A stretch of 63,779 bases of DNA, filler included, from Octopus bimaculoides (lineage: Eukaryota): the NCBI RefSeq assembly GCF_001194135.2. It is 4 parts of 4 records of this genome, joined end to end, with 100 filler letters (N's around TTAATTAATTAA, not from the genome) between each part and the next. Parts side by side here need not be neighbours in the genome. Positions count along the whole stretch, not along the records: positions 1 to 25,586 come from NC_068990.1; 3 more parts are not named here. One strand, 5' to 3'. Below are positions 1-13,016 of this stretch, in pieces (positions within the stretch are counted from its first letter, which is position 1; every line of letters begins with the position of its first letter). Both the position numbers and the translations under genes were made by a program. Under the pieces are notes generated by a model that worked only from the letters and a program-made list of their open reading frames with translations, searched no databases and was not told the DNA's origin.

Positions 1-43
<43 letters not shown>

Positions 44-258
44 ATTTGTATGTATGTGTGTGACTGTGTTTGTTCCCCCAACATTTCTTGACAACCGATG
101 CTGTTGTGTTTACGTCTCCGTAACCTGGCGGTTCGGCAAAAGAGACTGATAGAATAAGTACTAGGCTTACAAAGAATAAGTCCTGGGGTCGATTTGCTTG
201 ACTAAAGGCGGTGCTCCAGCATGGCCACAGTCAAATGACTGAAACGAGTAAAAGAGTA
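1..258 (+). mobile_element. 3' half of tRNA-derived SINE family A
   Basis: (TA)n/(TG)n followed by gacaaccgatgctg...aataagtactaggcttacaaagaataagtcctggggtcgat...cagcatggccacagtcaaatgactgaaac; near-identical to 27040-27213. Confidence 0.85.
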
Positions 259-479
259 TACCCATGGAAAAGCAGATACAAAGTCTTGAATATGTTTAAG
301 TACCCCAAATATATCCAAATCGAAATTTTGTAGCAAGTCTCGACACAAGTGTAGTCCATCAGAAAACATACACACGTGGTTAACCAGTCCTGAAGTGAAT
401 GAGAATAAATTTACTTCTAATGCAAGGATAAAATTTTATCAGTGGCCGGCATATGAAAAATATCTTTTTAGGTGAAAAT

Positions 480-792
480 TATACAATGATAAATAAGGAT
501 AAAAAGAAAAAAATTTTCATTGCCAATATGCTGAAAAATAGATGCTAAATCGTCTAACCACATAAAATATTTTCACTTATATTATTACACCTTTTTGGAT
601 TAATCCAGAAATCAGAACCAATTCGGGGATAACTATATTTTTATAAATTTCTGTTAGCTTGCTTTCCTCTATTAAGCACATGATGTAATAATGCAAGTGA
701 AAATATTTTATGTGGTTAGATGATTTAGCATCTATTTTTCAGCATAGTGGCAAAGAAATTTTTTGCCTTTTGCCCTTATTTACAATTGTATG
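480..792. mobile_element. Foldback MITE with ~110-bp terminal inverted repeats
   Basis: 480-590 (tatacaatgataaataagg...gctgaaaaatagatgctaaatcgtctaaccacataaaatattttcactt) is the reverse complement of ~680-792, with scattered mismatches and a ~90-bp spacer. Confidence 0.75.
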
Positions 793-848
793 TATATATA
801 TCTATCTATCTATACATACATGCATGCATGCATGCATGCATACATACA

Positions 849-881
<33 letters not shown>

Positions 882-1374
882 GTGTGTGTCTGTATAGACA
901 CACACATATATACATTGTCAGTATAACCATGATGCAACCCTGAAAAACTGACTTACTGGTCAGTATCATTAGATGGTAAGCTGGCATAATGAAATAAGTG
1001 CTTATTTGCATACCCGTAACGTTACCATAAACGAATTGGCCATGTGTATTTTAATGGTGAGCAATTAGTGGTTTTGGAGTGATGGCTCTGTTTATAGTGA
1101 GTGGTATTTAAATACCTTGTCGAATTTGAATTTAGTTTATATTTTACCTGCAAAGGTGTAAACTTGATAGCCACTATCATTATTAATAATATTAATAACA
1201 GTAATAATACTTATTTAATTTAAGTTCATACTGGCTCATGATAAGTCCATTTTGAATGTTGTGGGGACATTCATAAGTAAACAATGTACATGGCATAATG
1301 TGATGTATATCTTAGAAATAGATGTAACAGTGTTATTTTCAGCTGATGAGCTTAACATATGATTTTTCATACAG

Positions 1375-1433
1375 AAAGTGAAATTAATTGATCCTGAAAC
1401 ATATACATTCCTTACTTCTGTATTCCATGCAAG
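1375..1433 (+). CDS. Internal coding exon of an unidentified gene (KVKLIDPETYTFLTSVFHA-R)
   Basis: Acceptor tttttcatacag and donor AAG|gtaagc; only one of three frames is open; phase-2 end joins 4673 in frame. Confidence 0.6.
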
Positions 1434-1595
1434 GTAAGCCTGTTTCTGTCATGTTTATTGCATTGGCCATGTGTATTTTAATAGTGAGCAATTGACGGTT
1501 TTGGACTGATGGCTCTGTTTATAGTAAGTGGTATTTAAATACCCTATTGAATTTGAATTCTATTTATACACACACACCCACTCATGCACATACAC

Positions 1596-1630
<35 letters not shown>

Positions 1631-1632
<2 letters not shown>

Positions 1633-2514
1633 GGGTATGGTGAATAAACTATCGTCTAAATTATGCAAAAATGAAAATAACACAGACAACTCATTTTAAA
1701 AGATATATTTACCCAAATTATGTAAAGATTTCTTGAAATATTAAAGAGTAAATTTATTCAATAAAATTGCCATTGGCTTCAACTATTGTCTCCTGATGAC
1801 TTTGGAATCTCATGCAACTCTTCTGGGCAGTCTCATTGTTTGAGCTGGTGAATGCTGCCATAATCCTTGCCTTCAGTTCGTCTTTGGTATTATGATGAGT
1901 TTTGTTGGTCTCTCGCTCAACTGCACCCCACATATAATAATTAAGGGGTTGCTGTCTGTGGAGTTAGGTGGCCAGATGTTAGGGGTGAAGTGATCACAGA
2001 AATTGTCTGACAGCCATGACTGAGTTCTCCTGCTTATGTGCCATGGTGCAGAGGACTGTTACCAGACCGAGGTTCTTCCATCAGCCACCATCTTCACCCA
2101 AGGCAGCACCACCTCCTCCAGACACTTGATGTAGGTCTCCGTGTTGAATCTGAGGCCGTGGGGGAAGATGAATGGAGGCATAAAGTCACAATTACTAGTG
2201 ATCAATCCAACACCATGATGTTGATTGGATATTTGATTTTTATCAGATTCAGTACGTGTCCTCAGATTTCATTGTCACCAGATTGACACCCAAACACTCT
2301 GGAATGTTCATATTGGAGCTTCCATCATGAACGCCAAGCAGTACAGCAGGTTGTTTCCAAATTTCTGGCAGAGTGAATTGTGTCATGGTGCTATTTTTCT
2401 CACAGACAGTGCCCAACTGACCCTACTATACTGTCAGGTTGACAAACTCAAAAACAAACAACGCAGATGTGCAAAATTAGAAATATAAAATGGCGACAAT
2501 TTACTCATCACACC

Positions 2515-2517
<3 letters not shown>
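1631..2517 (-). mobile_element. Internally deleted Tc1/mariner (maT/DD37D-like) DNA transposon
   Basis: TA-flanked ~28-bp TIRs (cagggtatggtgaataaactatcgtc / ggcgacaatttactcatcacaccctg); minus strand reads ...SWLSDNFCDHFTPNIWPPNSTDSNP..YYMWGAVERETNK..., with stops and frameshifts. Confidence 0.85.
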
Positions 2518-2546
<29 letters not shown>

Positions 2547-2556
2547 NNNNNNNNNN

Positions 2557-2720
2557 ACAAAAAATAACAACAGACGAGGACAGGTGGTGTAAATAACAAA
2601 AGTATATATTAGTATGACGCTCGGGAATACGGAAAGTCTTTGACGTTTCGAGCTACGCTCTTCAACAGAAAGAATACGGAGACAAGGAGAAAAACACGGA
2701 GAAAAAAAATTGAATAGTGT
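2557..2720 (-). mobile_element. Possible Penelope-like element terminal (pLTR) fragment
   Basis: Minus strand carries TGAA-GAG-cgtag-CTC-GAAAC-gtc, the kind of motif seen at Penelope-like termini; bounded by an N gap. Confidence 0.35.
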
Positions 2721-3563
2721 TCAGTCAACGGTCATATATATATATTTGTTAAGGGTATGCTTCATGGATGAGATGTAATATTCTTAAAACATGTCCATTG
2801 ATATCCCCAGTTAGTTCCAAGGCCAGATCCTCTCCCATACTGCATTTTTAAAATTTCTATTTATTGATTTTATTAGTCATATCTCATGTGGACCTTCTGT
2901 CTTCTAATTACGTGGATAATCTCAGTTAAGTTTATGAAATTGCTATATATTACATACACAAGGTTCTTGCCCATCACTATGTTGCCAGTAAAAATATTTG
3001 TTAACCATGTGTATCAATTTTTCGAAGTGAACGTATTTTTCTAAGTCTGTGTTGTGCTGACTGTATATTGAAAACTGCAGAGAGAAATACATACAAATAA
3101 AAAAAAAATAGCTATATGCATTATATACATATAGCCTTTTTTGAAGTCTGTGTTGTGTTGACAGACTTGCACTTAAAAATTCCTGTGTTTTTTATTAAAA
3201 CCTGTTCGTTGCTATGGTGACAACACTACCAATCTGTTAAACACACATGTACACACACACACACTCTCTTTCTTTCTCTCTCTCTCTCTTTCTCTCTCTC
3301 TCTTTCTTTCTCTTACTGTATATCTTTCTCAACAACAACTTTTTATCCTCCACTTCTATTCAAAGTGAAAGTTTTTTAAAATCTGTGTTGCATTGTCTAT
3401 ATCTTGAAAGACATACATACACACACACACGCAAAACAACCAAAACAACTAACTACATATATAAAATTTATATATGTACATATAGTCTCTTTTTAAGTCT
3501 GTGTTGCATTGTCTATATGTTGAAAGATGCAGAAACACATACACAACAAAAAATAACTATATA

Positions 3564-4440
3564 TGAGAGAGTATCAAAAAGTTCCCAGACTAGTTCTGTA
3601 GCGCACCAACAGATGGCAGCACATGGTAGTATGTGCAGTGAGCACTTGCTGTGACCTTAATGAGGCAGTGTGCTGAATGACATTGCTGTGTTTACTTCAC
3701 AAATTGTGAAACCTATGTTATTGCGATCACGTGTATGCTGTAGTCCGCAATTTTGTTATGGACCGGAACAAAGAGCCAATGTGAAAGTGAAATTTTGCAT
3801 TAAACTTTGGAAGTTTGCTAGAGAGACATTGAGCATGCATTAACAAGCTTGCAGCAATGAGGCAATGTGTTGTACGTAATGTGTCAAGTGGCTTGGGTGC
3901 TTCAAAAGTGGAAGAAAATCCCAAGAAGGTGATGAGTGATTTGGAAGATCTACCACGAGCGTCACCCCTGGAAATTTGGTATTGTGCATCAAGAATTCAT
4001 CCCATAGAGCAAGGCCATCAATTGAGAGTTCTACTGTGATGTTTTGAAGTGTGTTTGAGAGAGGAGATTTGGTGAAAGCAACTGGATCTTTGGAGTGTGA
4101 AGAATTGGATTCTTCACTGAGCATTCCTCACTTCAGAGTTTCTCACCAAAAGCAACATGGTATTACTTTCCTCCCAACCTATTCACCAAATTTAGCACTG
4201 CTAGACTTTCATCTCTTCTCGAATATGAAAATGCAGCTCAAAGTTCACCATTTTAACACTGTTGTCAAGAAACAGAATGAATCGCAGGTCTTCCAGTTGC
4301 ATATGAAAAATGACTTTCAAGCTAAATTCCAAAAGTGGCAGGAATACTGCAACTGGTGTATACGATTTCAAAAGAGGTGATGTTAAGGTAAATTTTTTCC
4401 TTAAACATGACTAGTCCAGGAACCTTTTGATACCACCTCA
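3564..4440 (+). mobile_element. Degenerate mariner (DD34D) transposon
   Basis: TIRs tgagagagtatcaaaaagttcccagactagt / actagtccaggaaccttttgataccacctca; remnant FLPTYSPNLALLDFHLFSNMKMQLK (YSPDLAP motif). Confidence 0.85.
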
Positions 4441-4672
4441 CATATATATATAGTCCTTTTTTTGAAGTGTTGTGTTGACAGACTTGCACTTAAAATAACA
4501 TGTTAGTTACTATGGTGACAACACTACCTCTCTATCTATCTTTCACTCACACACATTCTCTCTCTCTCTCTCTCTCTGTTTTTCTCTCTCAACAGCAACT
4601 TTTTCTCTTTCCCTTCTAAAAATACATTGACATATATTTTAATTCCTCCCCTGCTTTCTCTCCTTCATATAG

Positions 4673-4727
4673 ATGCTATGATGAACAGACAGGTGGAGAT
4701 CCACTTCTCTTTTATAATATAAGATGA
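4673..4727 (+). CDS. Terminal coding exon of the unidentified + strand gene ((R)CYDEQTGGDPLLFYNIR*)
   Basis: Pyrimidine-rich acceptor ctgctttctctccttcatatag; continues the frame from 1433 (AG+A=Arg); TGA at 4725-4727. Confidence 0.6.
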
Positions 4728-4883
4728 AACCTTTCAGTATTTCCATGCATTTTTATGGTCTTGTTGATTAGTGCAGCAAATAGCAATGAAATTTGAACCA
4801 TTGAGCTTATGATCTTGAGCCTTCTGCAACTGCCATAACAGCAGTTGTGTTTCCATAGTAACAACTGTAAACTTGAAAGGAAA

Positions 4884-4889
4884 AATAAA
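4884..4889 (+). promoter_or_regulatory. Candidate polyadenylation signal AATAAA
   Basis: About 160 nt after the predicted stop; weak evidence in AT-rich DNA. Confidence 0.3.
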
Positions 4890-5632
4890 AATAGGTCAAA
4901 GTTCAATTCAAGGAAAAAAAACAAAAACACTTTGTTAAAAAGTCACTATTTTTTTTTCATTTTACTTTATAAATCTTTTATTTTTTTTATAAAAACTCAT
5001 CAGAAGATTCTGACCTTGAGGTTGGTGGGGGGTTGGCTGAAAGTTACCCATAGCCAGGTCACAATGATACCTGGTTAGCAATGGGTTATAGTAAAAGGGA
5101 AAAAAAACAAAAAAAAACAAAATAATAATTTTAAACAGTCTGTGCATATTTCACAAGGAGAGTGATAGAAAGTGGATGAGAGAGAGGAAGGGAGGTGGGA
5201 ATAGAGGAAAAATAGAAGAGAGAAAGAGAGGGTGGGAGAGGGAGAGAGTTTTGATACTTACACATACCCTGTGTTTGAAATGATTGATGTTATATCCGGT
5301 TGATAAGGAAACTAGGAGTAAAATCCTTTAGAAGGGAAAGACAGGTAAAATTTATTTTGATCACCTTTTGAGGAAACCCGAGATGTTGGCAAATAAAAAA
5401 AATATCAAATGAACGCTTAAAAAATTCTACTGAAGAATCAATTTGTAGATCTGTTCTGAAATGAAATTAGAAACCATTCCTGCACTTAGGAGCATGGGTG
5501 AAATGATATTGGTATTCCTTAAAGGAAAGGAGAGCCCTGTGCCTTTTTTTTTTTTTTTCTTTAATTTTTTGGAAGCCAAGTATTGGCTGTGAAATTTGGT
5601 ATGTTGTTCAAATCTTGCTCTCTTTCCTTCTT

Positions 5633-5665
<33 letters not shown>

Positions 5666-6714
5666 AATTCTTCCATTCTCTCCTCTCACTTCCTCACTAT
5701 CCAATCTCTTATTCCTTGTTACTTGGTCAAGTTTCTTTACCAATATTATTTTTTTTAGTATTATTTTTTATTAAGACCTCAAGATGTCTTTCAAATCTTC
5801 TCTAGTCTCTTCCCTTTACATTTATTTATTTATTTTGTATTTCTTGGCATTTGTCATCTATCCCCTTTGATTGGAGAATTTTAACTGCCAGCTGGGTGCA
5901 AGACGGGAAATACAGGGACCCCCACCTCCATCACTACATCCACTACCACCACCATCACCACACACACACTCACACATAGACACACACAGTTCACAAAAGA
6001 AGACACAGTTCTAACCATAAAATTGCACCAATGCAATTATTCACTCCTATGAACACGCACACGTACACACACTTTCAAATTGCACACATTTACATACTGC
6101 ATAACACTTTAACTAACACTTTACTGATGGTCTGATTTGTTCTACCACCACCATCACTAATCTTCATTTCAGATACCACCATCACCACCACAAAAACAAC
6201 CACCACCACCATCACCATAATTTTTGTAATTTTTATGATTTGTGTGCGTGTGTGTTTTCTTTTTTTTTCCCCATGTTGAATACTCATTAAAGAAATTTGC
6301 ACATGTTCAGTCACATGTCATCTCATCTGTGTGGTTTCTGCTTTCTTAAAGGTCTGATCTTCAGCCTGTAATATCATTAGCTATCTTCTGTTAACATCAC
6401 ATATCAATTTTCCCCACAACATGCACTCTTCCATCTATTATCAATAATAACCACCACCACAGCTGCTTCTCTTACATCTGTTTCATAGATTAAACAACAG
6501 ACAGTCTTTTACTCTTGGTTGCATTCAACAAACATTCATTTCTCAGGTTTGCTCTACACATCCAACTACTACACACAAATGATAATTTCTTAGTCTCAGG
6601 ATCGTTTCTTTGTAGAAGAATAGAGCAGAGATGCTTAATTTCATTCAGTCTTTGGCTTATTCAGATTAATCAAAATCTGAAAGAATAAAAGCCAAGATAG
6701 TGGCGGTGGTAGAT

Positions 6715-6960
<246 letters not shown>

Positions 6961-7189
6961 TTTCTAACACAGGCTTGAGGCCAGACATTTATGTCAGGGG
7001 TTAGTTAAATAAACTGACCTCATTATATCACTGGTGCTTTATTCCATTGCCTCCAGAGGAGTCAATTATGGCACTTTTTAATCATCGCCTTACTTATTTT
7101 GCTAACGCTCCACCCTTAGTAGTAGTAGTAGTAGTGGTGGTAATGATAATAATGATGATGATGATGATTCTAACACAAGCACAAGCTTA

Positions 7190-10010
7190 AAAATTTGAGT
7201 GTAGGAAGTTAGTTAGCTAAACTGACTCCAGTATTTCACTGGTATTTTGCTTTGACACTGGAAGAACAAAAGATAAAGTTGACCTTTACAGGAATTTAAC
7301 TCAGAATATAAAGAGCTTGAACAAATTTCATAAAGCTTTCTTTCATAATGCTCTTCTGACTCTGCTAATCCCCCACTCTGGATAGTAACAACAGCAACAA
7401 TAATAATAATCAAAGTAATAATAATAATAATTGATTTTGATTTAGGCACAAGGTCAAAAATGTTGAGGGGAGGATGCTAGTCAATTATTTTGACCCCAAT
7501 ATTTGAGTGGTGCTTTTTATCAAGAGAGGGGTGGGAATGAAAGGCAAAATTAACCTCTGCAAGATGTAAACTCACTGTCAAGAATTGGAAAATTAAAACT
7601 GTTAGGCATTTATTCTGACACTCAAATGATTCTGCCAGTTCATTACCTTAGCAACATTAACAACGATAAAAGTTTCTGATTTAGGCATAAGGCTAACAAC
7701 CAATACTTTTGAAGGGTAGAGATCAGTCTTGATTGGTTCTTCACTGGGCTTTATTTTATCAATCCCAGAAGGACAAATGGCAAAGTTAATCTCAGTAGGG
7801 TTTAAACAAATGATCAAGCTTAGGAAGGAAGAGAACTATGGAGATCCCATCCTCATGTTATTTTAAATTGATTGACTATTAAGTTGGTTTCAGCTGAGGA
7901 TTGAAACCAGTCTACTGTGACTGCTGACTGCCAAACACTAAGCTATTAACACTACTAGCAGTAGCATGATAATATCTTTTTTTATACTGGTTCATGGTGA
8001 GGGCAAGTAGAACTGAAGAAAATGACTTCCAGTATTTATTGCATCAATTATTAACGTTAGGTGAGATTTTGGACTCAGAAAATTAAAGAAATGGAACTAA
8101 ACGGTACAAAAGGTTTTGTCTGGCTTACTTCATGAATTTTTTTTTCTTTTTTGATTAAAACGATTTTTTACTATTGAACAAAGCCTAATGCTGTTGTGAA
8201 AGTGTACAGTCAATTAAACTGATTCCAATTTATATCTTTGTATTATATTAACCTCAGAGATAGGCAAAATTGATGTACAGTATGATATGAATTCAAAAGA
8301 CAAAGACAAAGACAAGATTAAATAGTATAAAGAAAACTAGTCTAGAGCTCTGGTAGTTTTTTTTTTTTTTTTTTTGCATTATCATTATTATCATCACTAT
8401 TTTTATCAATATCATTAAGATTGTGAGCTCATAGAATCATCCAGTCATCAGTCAAAATGGTTAGTGGCATTTCTATTTAAAAAAAAATTTTTTAATGTTC
8501 TGAGTTCAAATTCTGCTGACTTTACCTTTCATCCTTTCAGGGTTGATCTAATAAAATGTCAAGTAGAGGGTTTGATGTAATTGACTTGTCACCTTCCCTC
8601 AAAATTGCTAGCCTCGCACCAAAATTACAAAGATTTACTATTAGATATTATCATCATCATCTAATAATAATAATAACAACAACAACAACAAAAACAAAAA
8701 CAACAGCAATAACAATGCTGTAAACAAAGAAATTCCAATGCCATATCAAATTTTGCCTTTCCACATGTGACATCCATGTAAGAAACATATAACAATGATA
8801 TGCAGTGATCACATTTGTAGGTTATTTCTCAACTCAAATGGTTATTTTCATGAAGGCCATATAGTAAGATTCTCTGATATTTTCTCTGTTTACAAACACA
8901 GAAAATCCTAATTGCAATAAGTCAGTCATTTGTGTATAAATGAATGATAAAAAAAAAAGATGAAAAATAACAAAAGGGATGGGGCTTGTCCCTTTTAACT
9001 GTTTAGATATGTGTATGCCTTTTGAAGGCAAATATATATTAAAAAACAGAAAAAAAAAAAAAATGAAATGTTGGCCTGATGTCTTGATGTTAGGTAGTGG
9101 TTGGAGGAGAAGATAAGGAGAAACAAAGAGGAAATGAATGAAGGCAGGTAGGCACGTTTAAAAGTGCTGAAATTTCAGCTAAATTTTCTTGTTTTTCAAA
9201 ATTGGTTTGTTTATATTAAATACAAGAATGGGATTTAATCTTTATACATGAGTTAATAAAATTGTGTCCTTATTAATCATAGTTCTACAGAAATGCTATT
9301 TCGGGTTGTGTTAAGTTCATTTATTCTGTAATTGTTGCTAATTTAGGTGCAAGGGTAGTAATTTTTGAGGAGAAAGGGTTTGTCAGTATTGACCCTAGTA
9401 CTTGAGGACGAAAGATGGAAGGCAAAGTTGACTTGAACAGAATTTGAACTCAGAATGTAAAGAGTCAGCAGAAATACCACAGTGAGTTTTTATTATTTGT
9501 TTTGCAATGTTCTAATGATTTTATCTGTCCACTGCCACCACCACCACCACTTATCTAATCTATGATGATATCAGGATTAAGTTATCTCAGGTCTGATAAA
9601 CATAGCTTAGGCATAATCATATCAGGCAGAAGACTTGTTTCATGAAGGTAAGGTCAGCATTCCCGAAGGGGTCCTTTCAAATCTGTCACTTTTCATTATG
9701 AGTTTTCATGTGGCAGGCAGGTACTTTATTCAGTGGTCAGACTGGTCGGTTAAATTCAACGAAATTCAGACATCTCACCTTTTGACCTGAGGGGCCCCTG
9801 CACACTGAGACACATAAGTGACATTCCTTTAAAAAAAAAAAAAATTGCGTAATCTTTGTAAATTAGCTTTGATATTTTTTATTAATGTTATCATTATTTC
9901 AGAGTTCAAATCTTGCTGAGGTCAACTTTGCCATTCATCCTTTTGAGATTGATAAAGTATCAGTCAAGTACTGGGTTTGATGGAATTGACTAATTCTTCC
10001 TCTAAACAGA
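7190..10010. mobile_element. Cluster of old, diverged SINE family B copies in both orientations
   Basis: Several degenerate matches to aaggatgaaaggcaaagtcgac...gaatttgaactcagaac (e.g. ~7445-7650, 7720-7815, 8425-8630, 9340-9530, 9880-10010). Confidence 0.65.
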
Positions 10011-10990
10011 AACCATTATTATTATTATCATTATTATCATCATCTTTTTGTGTGTTGTATTTAGTCTTTTGATGAAGTCTTCAATGTCTTGGGGGTGGGG
10101 GGGCCTTGTGGCCAATAGAAGAAATCATTATCATTATTATAACTACAACTGTTGTAATTGTGGTTCACCTTCTGCTAGAAATTCGTTATTGTTTGTTGTT
10201 GTTGTCTACTTTGTGTTACTCTTCTTATGATTACTCACCACCCTCTTCTGCTTCCAACTCTGTATACAGCTTTTTCATTATCTTAAACCTACACATTAGT
10301 GGCATCACCAACTTCCTGTTCATCACCACAAACAGCACTATTACAAACTTTAGCAACAAATTCTTCATCAACATCACCACAACCAACTCCACCACCACCA
10401 CTACTATAGCTTATCATTCATCATCATCTTCCTATACTTTATCATTCAACTAATCACCACCCTCATCACTTTCACCACCACCACCACCTCCACTGCACAC
10501 AGTGGCTGTTATTATCAGATATTCAACCAACCAAAATCAGAAATTCTTAACAGAAGTTCTACAGAAAATCTTTCCTTCTTTTCCTTATTCTTTGTTTTCA
10601 AATGGAATTCTAACTTATGTGTTCTTTCATTATTAGTCAATCAGCCATATCTTAATACATAATTGTTGTATTGAATAGTTTAAGAAATGAATCCTATACA
10701 GTTGTATGTATGTATGCATGTGTATGTGTGTCTGTGTGTGTGTGTGGTGTATATGTGTGTATCTATCTGTATGAGTATCTAAAACTAGGATGTGAAATTT
10801 CACTTTATATTCTGTTGATTGTGAATGAGTTGTCAGGTGAAAATTAAAGCTCCAGTCAACAGGAGTTTTAAAATATTTATATAAATACATCTCTCTCTCT
10901 CTCTCTCTCTCTCATACACTCACACACACATTTCTTTCATGGTTTAGCCCAAAGTGTGTGACCATGGTGAAGCATTTATATTTATATATA

Positions 10991-11693
10991 NNNNNNNNNN
11001 NNNNNNNNNNNNNNNNNNNNNNNNNNNNNNNNNNNNNNNNNNNNNNNNNNNNNNNNNNNNNNNNNNNNNNNNNNNNNNNNNNNNNNNNNNNNNNNNNNNN
11101 NNNNNNNNNNNNNNNNNNNNNNNNNNNNNNNNNNNNNNNNNNNNNNNNNNNNNNNNNNNNNNNNNNNNNNNNNNNNNNNNNNNNNNNNNNNNNNNNNNNN
11201 NNNNNNNNNNNNNNNNNNNNNNNNNNNNNNNNNNNNNNNNNNNNNNNNNNNNNNNNNNNNNNNNNNNNNNNNNNNNNNNNNNNNNNNNNNNNNNNNNNNN
11301 NNNNNNNNNNNNNNNNNNNNNNNNNNNNNNNNNNNNNNNNNNNNNNNNNNNNNNNNNNNNNNNNNNNNNNNNNNNNNNNNNNNNNNNNNNNNNNNNNNNN
11401 NNNNNNNNNNNNNNNNNNNNNNNNNNNNNNNNNNNNNNNNNNNNNNNNNNNNNNNNNNNNNNNNNNNNNNNNNNNNNNNNNNNNNNNNNNNNNNNNNNNN
11501 NNNNNNNNNNNNNNNNNNNNNNNNNNNNNNNNNNNNNNNNNNNNNNNNNNNNNNNNNNNNNNNNNNNNNNNNNNNNNNNNNNNNNNNNNNNNNNNNNNNN
11601 NNNNNNNNNNNNNNNNNNNNNNNNNNNNNNNNNNNNNNNNNNNNNNNNNNNNNNNNNNNNNNNNNNNNNNNNNNNNNNNNNNNNNNNNNNNNN
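10991..11693. other. Assembly gap (N run)
   Basis: Continuous Ns; source of several spurious X-rich ORFs. Confidence 1.
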
Positions 11694-12817
11694 NTATATA
11701 TATGCATACACACACATGTATAGATTGTTTGCAGTTGTGTACATATTTTATATATATAAAGGAGGTAGTTAGGATTTATTTAACATTCTTGTCCCCCTTT
11801 TCAGATACATCATTAATGATTTTTTTTGTAGTAAATGCATACCTTATGTGTGTGTGTGTGTGAGTTAGCTGAAAAAGTCTTGGATTTTGGGATAAAGAAT
11901 ATTATGGGGGTGCTTATTTGGGCATCCCAAACAACCACTCTTTAGAGCTACAGAAATTGTCAAAGAGAAACAAGCCAAGAATCAAAAAGTTTTATTACTG
12001 AAAATTCACCCTTTCTTCTTTAGGAATGCACTTAGCAATGTAGCCACAATTAAAGATAGGTCTGGTGAGACCAAGGAAGGGATGGAAATGATGAAGGCTG
12101 ATTTGAGGAAGCTATATCTCCTGGAAGAGCTGACAAAGGACTGTGCTCATTGGTGATATGTGGTACTACAGAAGGCCCATCCTATAGATATATTTATTTT
12201 CCCTGCCAAACCCACCTTTTTACCTTTCCTGTCCTTGCATCCTAACACTTCCTCCTCTCTGTATCTTTACTTACCCCTATATGACTTTCATCTTTTCATC
12301 CTTCACTATCTGGGCAGACCACAGATTCATCATCCACAAACACTCCATCCTTCTATTGGCTCAGCTATAAGAAGCTGCACTAGACTACCCATGCCTCTAA
12401 TCTAAACACTTTAGCATCACCCTCTACCAACCAGCACATATACTTCTGGTCACCTCTACTGGCACCCCAAATCTACTTTTGTCTTTATCTCACTACCAGT
12501 CCTTATACACCTAAGGTGGTCTCAGACCTTTCCTTCTAAGACTACAGTCACCCACTGCCTCCCTAGTCTTTTCTCCTATGATTCTCTCTCTCTCCGGCCT
12601 CTCTTCCATTAAGGATGTTTTCTCTGCATTCACACACCGCTCTTACCCTTTCCCCCTATTTTGACAGTACCCTCCAACCTCTCTTTTTCTCATTACTCCC
12701 ACTGCACTCACCCCCTGCTCCCTCTCCTCTTTCCACAGTTTCTCTGCCCCTCAACATTCCCTTCGATCTCTCTCTCTTTGGTCTATCCCTACAACCCTAT
12801 CCCTCACTTTCTGTTAA

Positions 12818-13016
12818 CCCATTAGCATTCAAATCTTGCAAATGTAATGCTTTTTTATTCACATTGTTTTGAATTAATCATGCCTTATTTTATAACTTAA
12901 ATATTTAGATGACATAATTGTTTATTTTTAGAGTGATATTGTAGGGTAGGTGTGAGAGGTTGAATATGGCCAGTAGAATATTTTGGCTGGATATGGCTGT
13001 TTTAAATGTTAAAGGG
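12818..13016. mobile_element. piggyBac-like MITE with TTAA target duplication
   Basis: ttaa|cccattagcattcaaat ... tttaaatgttaaaggg|ttaa; second copy at ~35116-35338. Confidence 0.7.

Noticed and set aside
918-975. Apparent + strand exon ending ATTAGATG|gtaagc
   Set aside because: The phase needed to join exon 1375 contains an in-frame TAG
10912-11863. Long ORFs of 240-300 aa (also 24253-25046, 34172-34871, 37207-38118, 55016-55811)
   Set aside because: They are open only because they run through N gaps and microsatellites
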